Below are positions 1 through 11,025 of a stretch of DNA of 64,000 bases, piece after piece (within the stretch, counting starts at the first letter, position 1; each line of letters starts with the position of its first letter). The notes beneath the pieces are model-generated. The model was not told the origin of the DNA, made no database searches, and worked only from the letters and a program-made list of their open reading frames with translations. The stretch spans positions 256,001-320,000 of the forward strand of contig CBDHDF010000007.1 of assembly GCA_965261545.1 (NCBI GenBank), read 5' to 3'. This DNA is from Bdellovibrionales bacterium. GTDB taxonomy: Bacteria > Bdellovibrionota > Bdellovibrionia > Bdellovibrionales > UBA1609. The position numbers and the translations under genes are program-made.

Positions 1-793
1 GCAAAGGAAACTCTTCTGAACTCACCTTTGATTCATGCTGACGAAACTGGAGTGAATGTTAATGGGAAGAGGCTGTGGTTTCACCTCTTGTCCAATGATA
101 CTGTGGTTCTCTATCAGGTGGACGAAAAAAGAGGCGCAGAGGCTATGGATCGCATGGGAATTCTTCCAAAATACACAGGGATTGTTTGTCATGACCATTG
201 GAAACCTTATTATACATATACTTCCTGCATTCATGCCCTTTGCAATGCGCACCATTTAAGGGAGCTTCAAAGAGCTTGGGAGCAAGATGATCAAAAATGG
301 GCAAAAGAAATGAAGTCTCTTTTAGAGACAATAAACAAAGAGGTGCACGATACGCAGAACCAATGCCTTTCACAAGACCGAATTGAATATTACAAAGAGA
401 AATATCGAAATATTCTCTTCGAAGGGGAAAAGGAATCTCCATTAATGGAGAGGACAGAGAAAAAAAAGAAGGGAAAGGTTAAACAATCCAAATCTAGAAA
501 TTTACTAGATCGACTGAGAAACTTTGAAGATGATACCTTGCTCTTTATGAAGGACCCCATAGTTCCATTTACGAATAATATAGCAGAAAATGATCTGAGA
601 ATGACCAAAGTTCAGCAGAAAATATCTGGGTGCTTTCGTTCGTTGATGGGAGCCAAGACATTTTGTAGAAACCGAAGCTTTCTCCTGACTTGCCAGAAAA
701 ATGGCATAGAACCTAAAGATGCTCTAAATATGCTATTTCAAGGAAAACTTCCCTCATTTATGACTCGAATTCGCCCACCCCCTGAATAGTTAC
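1..793 (+). mobile_element. IS66-family element (single-ORF ISBst12-like), 3' part with right TIR; runs off the window start
   Basis: ORF to 789 has IS66 motifs HADETG, HDHWKPY, LCNAHHLREL, FTNNIAENDLR and KISGCFRS; ends ccccctgaatagttac (GTAA-type TIR). Confidence 0.93.
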
Positions 794-1471
794 TTTTACT
801 CTTTAAATAATCCCAATTTGACTTGGTTCCATCTGCAATACCAATATAGGTAGACTTAGGGTGTCTCTCTTTTACCTGAGTCAACTCCTTCTCAAATCTT
901 GAATAAAATTTACCCTTACCATACTCTGGTGTTGCTCCTACTTGAATCGTATGCATGCGACTTCCCTTATTGTCATATAAACTAATTGTTCCCACCATGG
1001 CTTCTCGCCAACCATCTTCAACCATTAACATACAAGTGCCGTCTACTCCTACAGCAACACTATTCACCTTCTTGGGCATAGAGGGAAGATCATAGCTCCA
1101 TGATTCATCCTTTGCTAAAGCAACAGCTCCAACCGCATCACAAAGGTGCTTTAAGTAAGGTCTAGATATATTTCGACCATGACTCTCCTTCAAATCAAAA
1201 AGAACACGACTAGAACCCATATCTGAATATTTACTTGTAACCCATTTAGAAAAACCGGGTGTTGAAGTTAGAATAATTCGTGCATCCCTTTCCAATGGGC
1301 AAAACTGACGACCACCCTTAGAGCTTTGATAAACATGACGCTCTACATCGACTTCTCCCCACATTGTTTGGTAGGTCTTATTAACTCTACCTCTAGAAGT
1401 TAACTTACTGTCTCCTATAACAATTGGTGATCCATCTGCATCAAATCGACGTAAAGCTGATTGGGTAGCTA

Positions 1472-3370
1472 CCTGAAATCCCTAAAAGTTGTAACTAGGT
1501 GTAGGACTTAAGTCCTGATTATTGTCTGAGAAGGCCTTCACTTTGATTAAGAGATTGTCATCTCTTCAAAAGCATAGTTACAATATTAACGATGTCATAC
1601 ACTTTTGAGCAAAAAAATAAGGGAAAAACCTATGTCTATAAAGTTGAAAGCTTTTGGGACAAGGAAAAAAAGCAGGCCAGGCAAAAACGCATCTACCTTG
1701 GAAGAAAGGATGAGTTTACAGGTCAAATTAAGACCAAAAGAAAAAAGATTCCCATAGGCTCCTATAATGTGGGAGCCTTATTTTTCTTAGAGAAAATATG
1801 CGAACAACTAAATCTTCTAAAAACATTGTCTAAAATTTATCCAGATAATTACGAACATTATTTGCATTTAGCTTTTTTTAAAATAATCAAAAGAGAGCCC
1901 TTTTATCTTTACGATATGTGGTGTCAAGAAGCTTATGTTTCAAAGAAAAATTTTATGTCGTCACAAAAAATAAGCAATCTCTTATGTGATCTTGGGAGAG
2001 ATCAAAAAAAGATAGAATCTTTCTTTAGCGAATGGATAAATCAAGTGAAGGGTTCTGGTACGGTAATGTTTGACATCACATCCTTTTCTTCCTACTCTAT
2101 GAATAATGAATTTTTAGAGAAAGGTTACAACAGAGATGGAGAGAATCTCGAACAAATAAACTTAGGTCTGATAAGTAGGAAATCTGAAGACAATAAAACT
2201 CATACGCCTATAGCGTACAGAATCTATCCTGGAAGTATACCGGATGTCAAAACTTTATCGAATATTATTGAGATCATAACAAGTTATAAATTAGATTTAG
2301 ATTGTTTAGTTATGGATAAGGGTTTTTCTAGTGTAGAAAATATTAAGGGACTGCATCGTAAGGAATTGAAGTATTTGATACCCATGAGTTTTAGAACAAA
2401 ACTCTCAAGAGAGCTTGCTGTGGCTTTAAATGAGAAAATAAAATCTCCATCATGCTCTTTTACTTTTAATGAGGAAATTTATTCGCATTGCAAAGAATCA
2501 ATAAAAATCGGAGGATTTGATTGTACGGCTCATATTTTCTTAGACAAAGAAAGAAGGGTTTATGAGGAATCTGTGTTAATGAAAGAGTTGCTTGATTTTA
2601 TGAAACTCTTTCTTGAGAAAGATTTGAAATCAGAAGAACAAGCTAGTTCCTATATGAAAGAAACTTTAGGAAATAAAAAAAGGTTTCTCAATATCTCTGA
2701 TTGCACTCCATTTAAGATTTCTTTAAATGAAGAAAATATTAATGAAGAATCTTCTACGCTGGGTATTATGATATTAATTACAAATAGTCATGATTTAAAG
2801 AAAACAAATATATTGAGTTTATATCGAAACAAAGATATCATTGAGAAAGTATTTTTCTCATTCAAGCATGATATTAATGGAAGGAGAAGTCGAGTTCATT
2901 CTCTCATGAATATGAGGGGAAGCATCTTTATTAATTTTCTCTCTTTAATTTTAATTTCACATATTGATACTGTTATGAAAGATAAGAAGTTATATAAAAA
3001 AATGTCTAAAATAGAAATTTACAAAATGATGGACCGATTAAAATTTTATGAATTAGCTACAGGTGATCTGATGCTTGGAGAGCTGTCTAAAAAACAAAAG
3101 GATATTTTTTCAGCCTTCCAAATAGATGGGCTTCCCAAGACAAAATGATGTTTTTTATCTGTTTCAAATGTGACGGTGGCTGTGGCTACCACTATGCCTC
3201 ATCTATCCAATGGGGACGAAGAGGACCTTTCGCAGCAAATTCTTATGAATCATATTAAATATATTAATACTATTAAACCTCTCAAACCGTTGACAGCAGC
3301 CAATTCCATAGGAAGAGAGGAAAGTTAACGCAATACATTAAACCTAGTTACAACTTTTAGGGATTTCAGG
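1472..3370 (+). mobile_element. IS1634-family element type 1, intact
   Basis: 29-bp perfect TIR cctgaaatccctaaaagttgtaactaggt; 6-bp TSD tagcta (1466-1471 and 3371-3376). Confidence 0.92.
1592..3148 (+). CDS. IS1634-family transposase (518 aa)
   Basis: N-terminal YVY..ES.WD.EKKQARQKRIYLG, FDITSFSSYS, GYNRDGE, MDKGF, YRNKDIIEKVF. Confidence 0.9.
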   Translation: MSYTFEQKNKGKTYVYKVESFWDKEKKQARQKRIYLGRKDEFTGQIKTKRKKIPIGSYNVGALFFLEKICEQLNLLKTLSKIYPDNYEHYLHLAFFKIIKREPFYLYDMWCQEAYVSKKNFMSSQKISNLLCDLGRDQKKIESFFSEWINQVKGSGTVMFDITSFSSYSMNNEFLEKGYNRDGENLEQINLGLISRKSEDNKTHTPIAYRIYPGSIPDVKTLSNIIEIITSYKLDLDCLVMDKGFSSVENIKGLHRKELKYLIPMSFRTKLSRELAVALNEKIKSPSCSFTFNEEIYSHCKESIKIGGFDCTAHIFLDKERRVYEESVLMKELLDFMKLFLEKDLKSEEQASSYMKETLGNKKRFLNISDCTPFKISLNEENINEESSTLGIMILITNSHDLKKTNILSLYRNKDIIEKVFFSFKHDINGRRSRVHSLMNMRGSIFINFLSLILISHIDTVMKDKKLYKKMSKIEIYKMMDRLKFYELATGDLMLGELSKKQKDIFSAFQIDGLPKTK

Positions 3371-3604
3371 TAGCTATACAACCTGCTTCATTAAGGCCAT
3401 CTCTTATCATCTCTTCTGTCTTTAACATTGAACTGGATAATGGAATTATCAACTCAATAGTGACTGAGTTTGAACTACTTGATTTTAACTTTGCCTTTGG
3501 TTTTGACATAATACCCTCCTTGGTCGTAAGTCCAGCTAAAATAAAGTATCCCAAGGAATAAGGTATTTGTCTACAAATAATTACAGTATATCATTAGCAC
3601 ACCC

Positions 3605-3680
3605 TAAAATTCACTCGACAATCAGGATTTGAATCATTGAGTGAAACATCATTTATGAATCGAAATTCATGTGTCACTCC
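3605..3680 (-). pseudogene. Continuation of the DDE transposase broken at 55161
   Basis: Minus strand reads GVTHEFRFINDVSLNDSNPDCRVNF, continuing ...VVENGVT of ORF 54471-55166; shares the 10-bp TSD. Confidence 0.75.
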
Positions 3681-3856
3681 CATAGGTGTTCGTGGTTTTT
3701 TTCTAATTTTAATTCCGAATTAATGGAAATACTTTTCAAGCCTCCTTTTTTACATAGAGGGAAGTGGGCGATTTATAAATATTTATAGATGGTATTTTGA
3801 GAAATGGACGCAGATTGACATTTGATATCCACGACAAGCCATGTGTTTTAAGAGAC

Positions 3857-4321
3857 TTAATTGTGTAACGAAAGAACTGTGGACTTTTGGGAACAACAGA
3901 ATTTAAATTTCTTTCCACTTCCGCATGGACAGGATTGATTTCTTCCAATTTTTTCGCTTTGGTCATTTTTCTGCTGTGATGCAGACATATCTTCAGTTAC
4001 AATTTTTTTTTGCTTTTCATCTTCCAAATCCTCATCCAAATTATCAAAAAGAATATCTCCTAGATTCTGGTGAAAGTAACGATTTTTAAATTGAGATATG
4101 AGCATCATAAAAATACATGTAAGAACCAAAAGTGTGAGTGAAGCAAAAAACAAAGAAGATGCTTGCATCTGAGTTAATGGGAGGATGAGTGCCAGTAAAT
4201 AACCAAATCCAAATACCAATAAGGAAATAAGAAGAGATATAAAGGATCCCAAAGAAAGTAATATTAAAAGTCCAAAAATCATTGCTATTTTTTGCTCCTG
4301 TCGAATACAATGAATCCGCAT
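3857..4321 (-). CDS. Membrane protein with C-terminal SEC-C Zn-binding motif (IS passenger)
   Basis: Two hydrophobic stretches, then GRNQSCPCGSGKKFKFCC; start codon uncertain. Confidence 0.75.
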   Translation of the reverse strand: MRIHCIRQEQKIAMIFGLLILLSLGSFISLLISLLVFGFGYLLALILPLTQMQASSLFFASLTLLVLTCIFMMLISQFKNRYFHQNLGDILFDNLDEDLEDEKQKKIVTEDMSASQQKNDQSEKIGRNQSCPCGSGKKFKFCCSQKSTVLSLHN

Positions 4322-5517
4322 AGATACAAGTGAGTTATCTACAGACTTAATGATTCTCGCGTTAGTATCTTAATAGGTCAAGATTAATTGGAGGAAATTT
4401 TTATTTTTTAAACGCAGGGGGCAAATATGAGCACGGAAGCTCAAACACTTAAAACGATCAAAAAATGTTTCAAGAAAGTTATTCCTGAAAAGGACTCTCG
4501 GGCAACCATTCCACCTCTTGAGTTTATTGTGGCTCTTGTCTTGTCATTCCAGGGAGACTCTAAGACATATTCAATAGAGGGAATTAGGAGGTTTATGATA
4601 AGTCATTTAGGATTAAGAATTGAAAGACACAGCTTCTGGGAAAGACTCTCTAGAAAAAGATTAAAAGAGCTTCTGAGTAAACTGGTTGAAATGCTCATGA
4701 TAAAGCTATCTCATGGAGCTTTTCATGGGAGCAAAGCCATATTATTACAACTGGGAGTCTCAGACGTTCTTCTTGTTGACTCAAGCACAATAAGCCTTTG
4801 GGATGGAGCATCTGAGAATTTTCCAGGGACAAGAACAAACGCAGGAATTAAATGGCACGCTTGTTTCAGTTTATTCAGTGGTATAATGACTTGGTTCGAA
4901 TTAACTCCGTCTTCCACTAACGATAGGAAGTGCTTTCCTGATATAAAGGAACTCGTTGGAAAATTAGTCATCTTTGATTTGGGATATTGGGACTATGGCT
5001 TATTGTCATCTATTCATGAAGCTAAAGGATTTTTCTTGTCTAGAGTGAAGTCAAATGCCTCTATTCTTATTGATGCTGTTGTTGAAGGTTTGCCAGATTA
5101 CTATGTTGGAAAAGAGTTCTCTGATATTAAACTCAAGAAAAAAACGATGTTGTTGAATTTATAGGCAGTGTCTTGTCCAATGGTAAATGGGTAAGTTTGA
5201 GAATTGTAGGCTTCTGGAATTCCTCCGAAAAACGCTATCATTGGTATTGCACGAATTTAGATGTGGCAGCGGAGTCCATATATCCAATTTATCGTTTACG
5301 TTGGCAATGTGAACTTATTTTCAAATCTTGTAAGAATTCTTTGAATGCAAATCAGATCACCTCAAACGATCAAAATATGGCTATATCCGAGTTTCTCGGA
5401 GCCTAAAGTCCAAATTCCCTAGGGAAATAGCTAAAAACTGGATGTACAGGTTATTCCTAAGATTTGTACATAAAAACACGGAGGACAGGGCTACCAAATC
5501 ACTTGTGTGGAGAGCCG

Positions 5518-5614
5518 CCGTTATCCACAAGACTCACCCACAGCAGCGCTGCTTTATTGTGGCTCCCGAGGGCCATAGCCGCAGCGTCGCCATGGATGAG
5601 TCTGTGGATAACTG
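5518..5614. repeat. Conserved ~97-bp hairpin with DnaA-box arms (copy in ISL3)
   Basis: gttatccacaagactcacccac...atggatgagtctgtggataac; homologous to 16665 and 22814. Confidence 0.8.
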
Positions 5615-5680
5615 ACTCATCTTGGCGGAGTTAGTATGGGGAGGTGAATTGGAAAAAGAAATGTTGATCGACAATAAAAA

Positions 5681-6946
5681 CTATAATGTACAAAAACGCT
5701 TGGGGAAACTTCCAACAATATCCAAATCCCCAGCACACAAGTAAATCATATTCTCAAAACCCTGTAGGTTCTTAAATCCTGAAGCCCGATTTTTTATGAT
5801 CTTTAGAAGGCGATTGATTCCCTCAGCCTTGGCATTTGTGACAGGATCTTTAATGAAGGAAAGAATATTTTCTTGGTGCTTCCTGAGCATCAAGGCAAAC
5901 TTTTTCATAGAATCAATGCGTGATCTTAAGGCACGAGTGATCCAGGCATTCAGAAAATTCGCAGCATGACCTGGACTCACATAATCCCAGAAATGCTCAA
6001 AATTATCTTTAAGCAGCCATGCTCTGAATATTTTATTGTTAGATTTCTCCATGAGGTTAATTTTACGAGTTTGGGCTTTACTACGAGAGGATGAACTGTA
6101 GGCTATCAACCAGCGAGTTCCCTTAATAGCCTTTCTGTCCTTCTTGCAGGCATCTCTCCAAATTTCTTTTCTCACCTCATCCACAGCCCTGTTGAGGGAT
6201 TGAATAATGTGAAATTTGTCCAAAACGAGAGTAGCATTCTTACAATGCTCCTTGATAGAGGAGATGTAGCCTTGAGCCATATCACAACAAGCCACTCTAA
6301 TTTTGTCTCGCTGATATTGGCTGAGTTCCTTTGTAAAAAAGGAGTCTATTGTCTCCTTACCCTTACCTTTTCCAATCCAAACGACACAGCCTTTCTTCAT
6401 GTCGTAAATCAAGGTAATAAACTTCCTTCCCTTAGCATAAGAAATTTCATCGACTCCAATGACCTCCAAACCACGAATTTTGTGACCATCTCGTTCCCTG
6501 TGGATGATTCGATGAATAAGATCAGATAAGGTGGATGTGGGTATCTTGACAAGCTCTGAAACGGCTTTTTGGGTCATCTGCTTGGTCAGGGTCAGAATTG
6601 TTAGTTCCAGACGATAGGTGACTCGACTGAAGTGGTCGGCCCAAGGAATTCTCTCCATAATACGACCATGAGTGGGACACAGAACTTCCTTCGGAGAATA
6701 ATGGAAATAAATGGGGGTACCGCACACGACGATATCTCGCCACACTCTTTCTTCTAAGCATCTAAGTATCTTACAGCGGCGTCCACAATGAGGACAACGG
6801 CAGCCATTCTTATGGGGTTTAACCCCTAAGTGAAGTTCTTGATTTCGATTTTTAAATTTAACCCAAGTCACTTTTAAGAATGATAATTTCAACATCTTTA
6901 TAATAAACTTATTCAAGACCATGGCATCTCCTGTATTATTTTCCAA
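5681..6946 (-). CDS. ISL3-family transposase (421 aa)
   Basis: CPHCG zinc finger, IGVDE, CCDM, LDKFHI, TNAKAEGINRLLKIIK..ASGF. Confidence 0.93.
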   Translation of the reverse strand: MENNTGDAMVLNKFIIKMLKLSFLKVTWVKFKNRNQELHLGVKPHKNGCRCPHCGRRCKILRCLEERVWRDIVVCGTPIYFHYSPKEVLCPTHGRIMERIPWADHFSRVTYRLELTILTLTKQMTQKAVSELVKIPTSTLSDLIHRIIHRERDGHKIRGLEVIGVDEISYAKGRKFITLIYDMKKGCVVWIGKGKGKETIDSFFTKELSQYQRDKIRVACCDMAQGYISSIKEHCKNATLVLDKFHIIQSLNRAVDEVRKEIWRDACKKDRKAIKGTRWLIAYSSSSRSKAQTRKINLMEKSNNKIFRAWLLKDNFEHFWDYVSPGHAANFLNAWITRALRSRIDSMKKFALMLRKHQENILSFIKDPVTNAKAEGINRLLKIIKNRASGFKNLQGFENMIYLCAGDLDIVGSFPKRFCTL

Positions 6947-7189
6947 TAAGTAAATTAAGAGATTAAACCATGGTTTTTTTATGGGTAAAGTAATGAGGGG
7001 GATAAATCATGGAAATTGAATTATTTTCTTGGTTTTTAATGCGGTAATTCTGCGACGTCGAAATTAGGCCCATTTTCTGTTGAGAAACTCGGATATACCC
7101 CAAAATATCATAGAGAGTCTTCTTCTTGCTTCATTAGCGGCTCACCTCACATCAAGTGTTGTTTTGAGGATAGGAAGAACTAAAGTAAC

Positions 7190-10100
7190 ATTCATGGGGG
7201 CGCCTTGCTTCCCCACCCACGCCCATGAATCTTATCTAGGCCCCCACTTCTTTGCACGAAGCAACTCGGTGGACAGCTTCGCTGGTCTATATAATTGGCC
7301 TCTTTTAGTTACTCTGGACTTTTGATGGTATTTTTGTCATGTATGATTCCGATACAATAAAGGATAAAGCAATAACATTATTGGAAGGTGATAAGATGAG
7401 TGGCCGTTGAATAGATTGGTAATTTTAATTCCGTGAAGTAACATGGTCTTGAGCTTTGGATCGAACCCACGCATGTACCTGCACTCTGAGTGTATGGACG
7501 TATAGTAAGTTGACCTATTTTCGCTTTAGAATTTATGGCAAAATCCCAAGGCTCTAGTTTTATCACCTTCTTTTTTTCTAACAGAAAGGAGGAGTCATGT
7601 GGATATTATTTATAGTTCTGTTTGTGGAATAGATGTTCATCAACATATGTTGATGTGTACGATTGTCAAAGTGGAAGACGGTAAGAAGAAGTTTTTCACA
7701 AAAGAGTTCAAGAATTTTCCAAAAAATTTTCCTAGAATGCGCTCTTGGATGAAGCCACATAAGGTTGAGAGAGTTCTTTTTGAGAGCACAGGGATTTATT
7801 GGAATTCTTTATACGATGATTTGACAGAAAAAGGTTATGAAGTAGATGTTATCAATGCCTTTCATGTCAAAAATATTACTGGTAAAAAAACTGACGTGTT
7901 GGATAGCCAGTGGATTGCAGAGCTTGGTGCTTGTGGTCTTCTAAGAGCTAGCTTCATTCCTCCACGTGAGATTCGTTCTATTAGACTTTTGGCTCGTTAT
8001 CGTACAAAAACGATCCGCCAAATATCTTCGGAACAAAATCGTATGTATAAGGTTCTTGAATATTCGCATTCGTTTAACATTCATGGGGGCGCCTTGCTTC
8101 CCCACCCACGCCCATGAATCTTATCTAGGCCCCCACTTCTTTGCACGAAGCAACTCGGTGGACAGCTTCGCTGGTCTATATAATTGGCCTCTTTTAGTTA
8201 CTCTGGACTTTTGATGGTATTTTTGTCATGTATGATTCCGATACAATAAAGGATAAAGCAATAACATTATTGGAAGGTGATAAGATGAGTGGCCGTTGAA
8301 TAGATTGGTAATTTTAATTCCGTGAAGTAACATGGTCTTGAGCTTTGGATCGAACCCACGCATGTACCTGCACTCTGAGTGTATGGACGTATAGTAAGTT
8401 GACCTATTTTCGCTTTAGAATTTATGGCAAAATCCCAAGGCTCTAGTTTTATCACCTTCTTTTTTTCTAACAGAAAGGAGGAGTCATGTGGATATTATTT
8501 ATAGTTCTGTTTGTGGAATAGATGTTCATCAACATATGTTGATGTGTACGATTGTCAAAGTGGAAGACGGTAAGAAGAAGTTTTTCACAAAAGAGTTCAA
8601 GAATTTTCCAAAAAATTTTCCTAGAATGCGCTCTTGGATAAAGCCACATAAGGTTGAGAGAGTTCTTTTTGAGAGCACAGGGATTTATTGGAATTCTTTA
8701 TACGATGATTTGACAGAAAAAGGTTATGAAGTAGATGTTATCAATGCCTTTCATGTCAAAAATATTACTGGTAAAAAAACTGACGTGTTGGATAGCCAGT
8801 GGATTGCAGAGCTTGGTGCTTGTGGTCTTCTAAGAGCTAGCTTCATTCCTCCACGTGAGATTCGTTCTATTAGACTTTTGGCTCGTTATCGTACAAAAAC
8901 GATCCGCCAAATATCTTCGGAACAAAATCGTATGTATAAGGTTCTTGAATATTCAGGCATTCGTTTAACCTATGCAATGTCTAAAGCTGACTGCGTATCT
9001 GGTATGGCCATGATTCGTGCCATAGCTAATGGAGAGAGATCAGTTTCTAAATTGATGTCTCTTGCCAGAGGGTCTTTACGTCAAAAGACCGAAGAATTTT
9101 CTTACGCCCTGTCGGGAAAGATGACGGAAGAAAATCGTTTTGTTCTTCAACGCATTCTTGATCGAATAGATTTTTTGAAAAAAGAATGCTCTCAAATTGA
9201 AGAAGAACTTTTCATTCGTATGAAACCCTATGAAAGGCAGTGGCATCTACTCCAGACTATACCTGGAATTGACGAATTAAGTGCAGCGCTTTTGATTGCA
9301 GAAATAGGAGGCAATGTGAAGTCTTTTAAAAATAAAGGAAATTTTTGCTCCTGGATGGGGATTTGCCCATCCAATAATGAGAGCGCAGGAAAAAAAGTCT
9401 TCACGAACGAGGAAAGCGAACACATATGTGAAATCGTTGGTATGTGAGATGGCCAATAGTGCTATTAAGACGAATTCACAATTCAAAGGCAAATACCAAT
9501 CACTTGTTATAAGGCGTGGGCACAAGAGATCAGTGATTGCCGTTGGTCACAAAATGATGGGAGTTGTTTATTCAGTCATAAGTAATGACACCCCCTACAA
9601 AGACCCTGGAATTGACTATGAAAAGCTCATGGTGAAAAAAAATGCACCAAGGTGGATTAGAGCGTTAAAAAAGTATGATTTCATGTAATGTAGGATGATT
9701 TAAAAACTCGGACATTTGAAAAAATTCGAAGAACGGATAGTGGATTCGTGCGTCCAAACTACCCCGGAGATTCATAGTAACCTATGCAATGTCTAAAGCT
9801 GACTGCGTATCTGGTATGGCCATGATTCGTGCCATAGCTAATGGAGAGAGATCAGTTTCTAAATTGATGTCTCTTGCCAGAGGGTCTTTACGTCAAAAGA
9901 CCGAAGAATTTTCTTACGCCCTGTCGGGAAAGATGACGGAAGAAAATCGTTTTGTTCTTCAACGCATTCTTGATCGAATAGATTTTTTGAAAAAAGAATG
10001 CTCTCAAATTGAAGAAGAACTTTTCATTCGTATGAAACCCTATGAAAGGCAGTGGCATCTACTCCAGACTATACCTGGAATTGACGAATTAAGTGCAGCG

Positions 10101-10593
10101 CTTTTGATTGCAGAAATAGGAGGCAATGTGAAGTCTTTTAAAAATAAAGGAAATTTTTGCTCCTGGATGGGGATTTGCCCATCCAATAATGAGAGCGCAG
10201 GAAAAAAAGTCTTCACGAACGAGGAAAGCGAACACATATGTGAAATCGTTGGTATGTGAGATGGCCAATAGTGCTATTAAGACGAATTCACAATTCAAAG
10301 GCAAATACCAATCACTTGTTATAAGGCGTGGGCACAAGAGATCAGTGATTGCCGTTGGTCACAAAATGATGGGAGTTGTTTATTCAGTCATAAGTAATGA
10401 CACCCCCTACAAAGACCCTGGAATTGACTATGAAAAGCTCATGGTGAAAAAAAATGCACCAAGGTGGATTAGAGCGTTAAAAAAGTATGATTTCATGTAA
10501 TGTAGGATGATTTAAAAACTCGGACATTTGAAAAAATTCGAAGAACGGATAGTGGATTCGTGCGTCCAAACTACCCCGGAGATTCATAGTAAA
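7190..10593 (+). mobile_element. IS110 copy A, interrupted at 8078/9782 by copy B
   Basis: Left end attcatgggggcgcc after gtaac; coding sequence resumes ctatgcaatg at 9782; right end ggagattcatagtaa. Confidence 0.9.
8079..9781 (+). mobile_element. IS110 copy B, self-inserted into copy A recombinase; A7 frameshift allele
   Basis: Junctions cgtttaac|attcatgg and catagtaac|ctatgc; ORFs 8488-9447 and 9377-9688. Confidence 0.9.
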
Positions 10594-10810
10594 CTACCCC
10601 GGAGATTCATAGTAACATTCATGGGGGCGCCTTGCTTCCCCACCCACGCCCATGAATCTTATCTAGGCCCCCACTTCTTTGCACGAAGCAACTCGGTGGA
10701 CAGCTTCGCTGGTCTATATAATTGGCCTCTTTTAGTTACTCTGGACTTTTGATGGTATTTTTGTCATGTATGATTCCGATACAATAAAGGATAAAGCAAT
10801 AACATTATTG

Positions 10811-10997
10811 GAAGGTGATAAGATGAGTGGCCGTTGAATAGATTGGTAATTTTAATTCCGTGAAGTAACATGGTCTTGAGCTTTGGATCGAACCCACGCA
10901 TGTACCTGCACTCTGAGTGTATGGACGTATAGTAAGTTGACCTATTTTCGCTTTAGAATTTATGGCAAAATCCCAAGGCTCTAGTTTTATCACCTTC
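10811..10997 (+). ncRNA. Putative IS110 bridge RNA (present in all six copies)
   Basis: Closing stem gaaggtgataaga/ttttatcaccttc; two stem-internal-loop-hairpin modules whose loops match the target (tgaatag, agtaac) and donor (atagtaa). Folded by eye; ends approximate. Confidence 0.7.
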
Positions 10998-11025
10998 TTT
11001 TTTTCTAACAGAAAGGAGGAGTCAT

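Larger units (their letters stand above)
794..3604 (-). pseudogene. ISKra4-family (ISMich2-like) element; transposase split by IS1634 and truncated by IS66
   Basis: ORF pieces 3366-3554 and 738-1364 join across the IS1634 (GLNEAGCIAT...GEVDVERHVYQ...CPLERDARII...GVDGT...GIADG); probable left end gggtgtgctaatga at 3604. Confidence 0.75.
5379..7100 (-). mobile_element. ISL3-family element, intact
   Basis: TIRs ggctatatccgagtttctc / gagaaactcggatataccc; 8-bp TSD caaaatat (5371-5378 and 7101-7108). Confidence 0.93.
3681..7184 (+). mobile_element. IS4-family element with passenger gene, copy 1, 5' part (interrupted by ISL3 and IS66; 3' part at 55162-55412)
   Basis: TIR cataggtgttcgtggttttt; near-identical to 18594-20722; TSD gtgtcactcc at 3671-3680. 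Confidence 0.9.
4427..7184 (+). pseudogene. IS4 transposase, frameshifted and interrupted
   Basis: Same sequence as 19451-20695 but A7 instead of A8 near 5150; ISL3 inserted at 5379. Confidence 0.85.

Noticed and set aside
1491..1500. gtaactaggt in the IS1634 TIR as another IS110 target
   Set aside because: Matches only gtaacta and is unoccupied at both ends.
3857..4321. secA call from the CPCGSGKK motif
   Set aside because: Only the short SEC-C motif is present; there is no ATPase domain.
10690..10810. Sigma-70 promoter for the putative bridge RNA
   Set aside because: Candidate hexamers (tggaca/tataat, ttgtca/tacaat, ttgatg/tatgat) have 13-14-bp spacing; none could be supported by eye.
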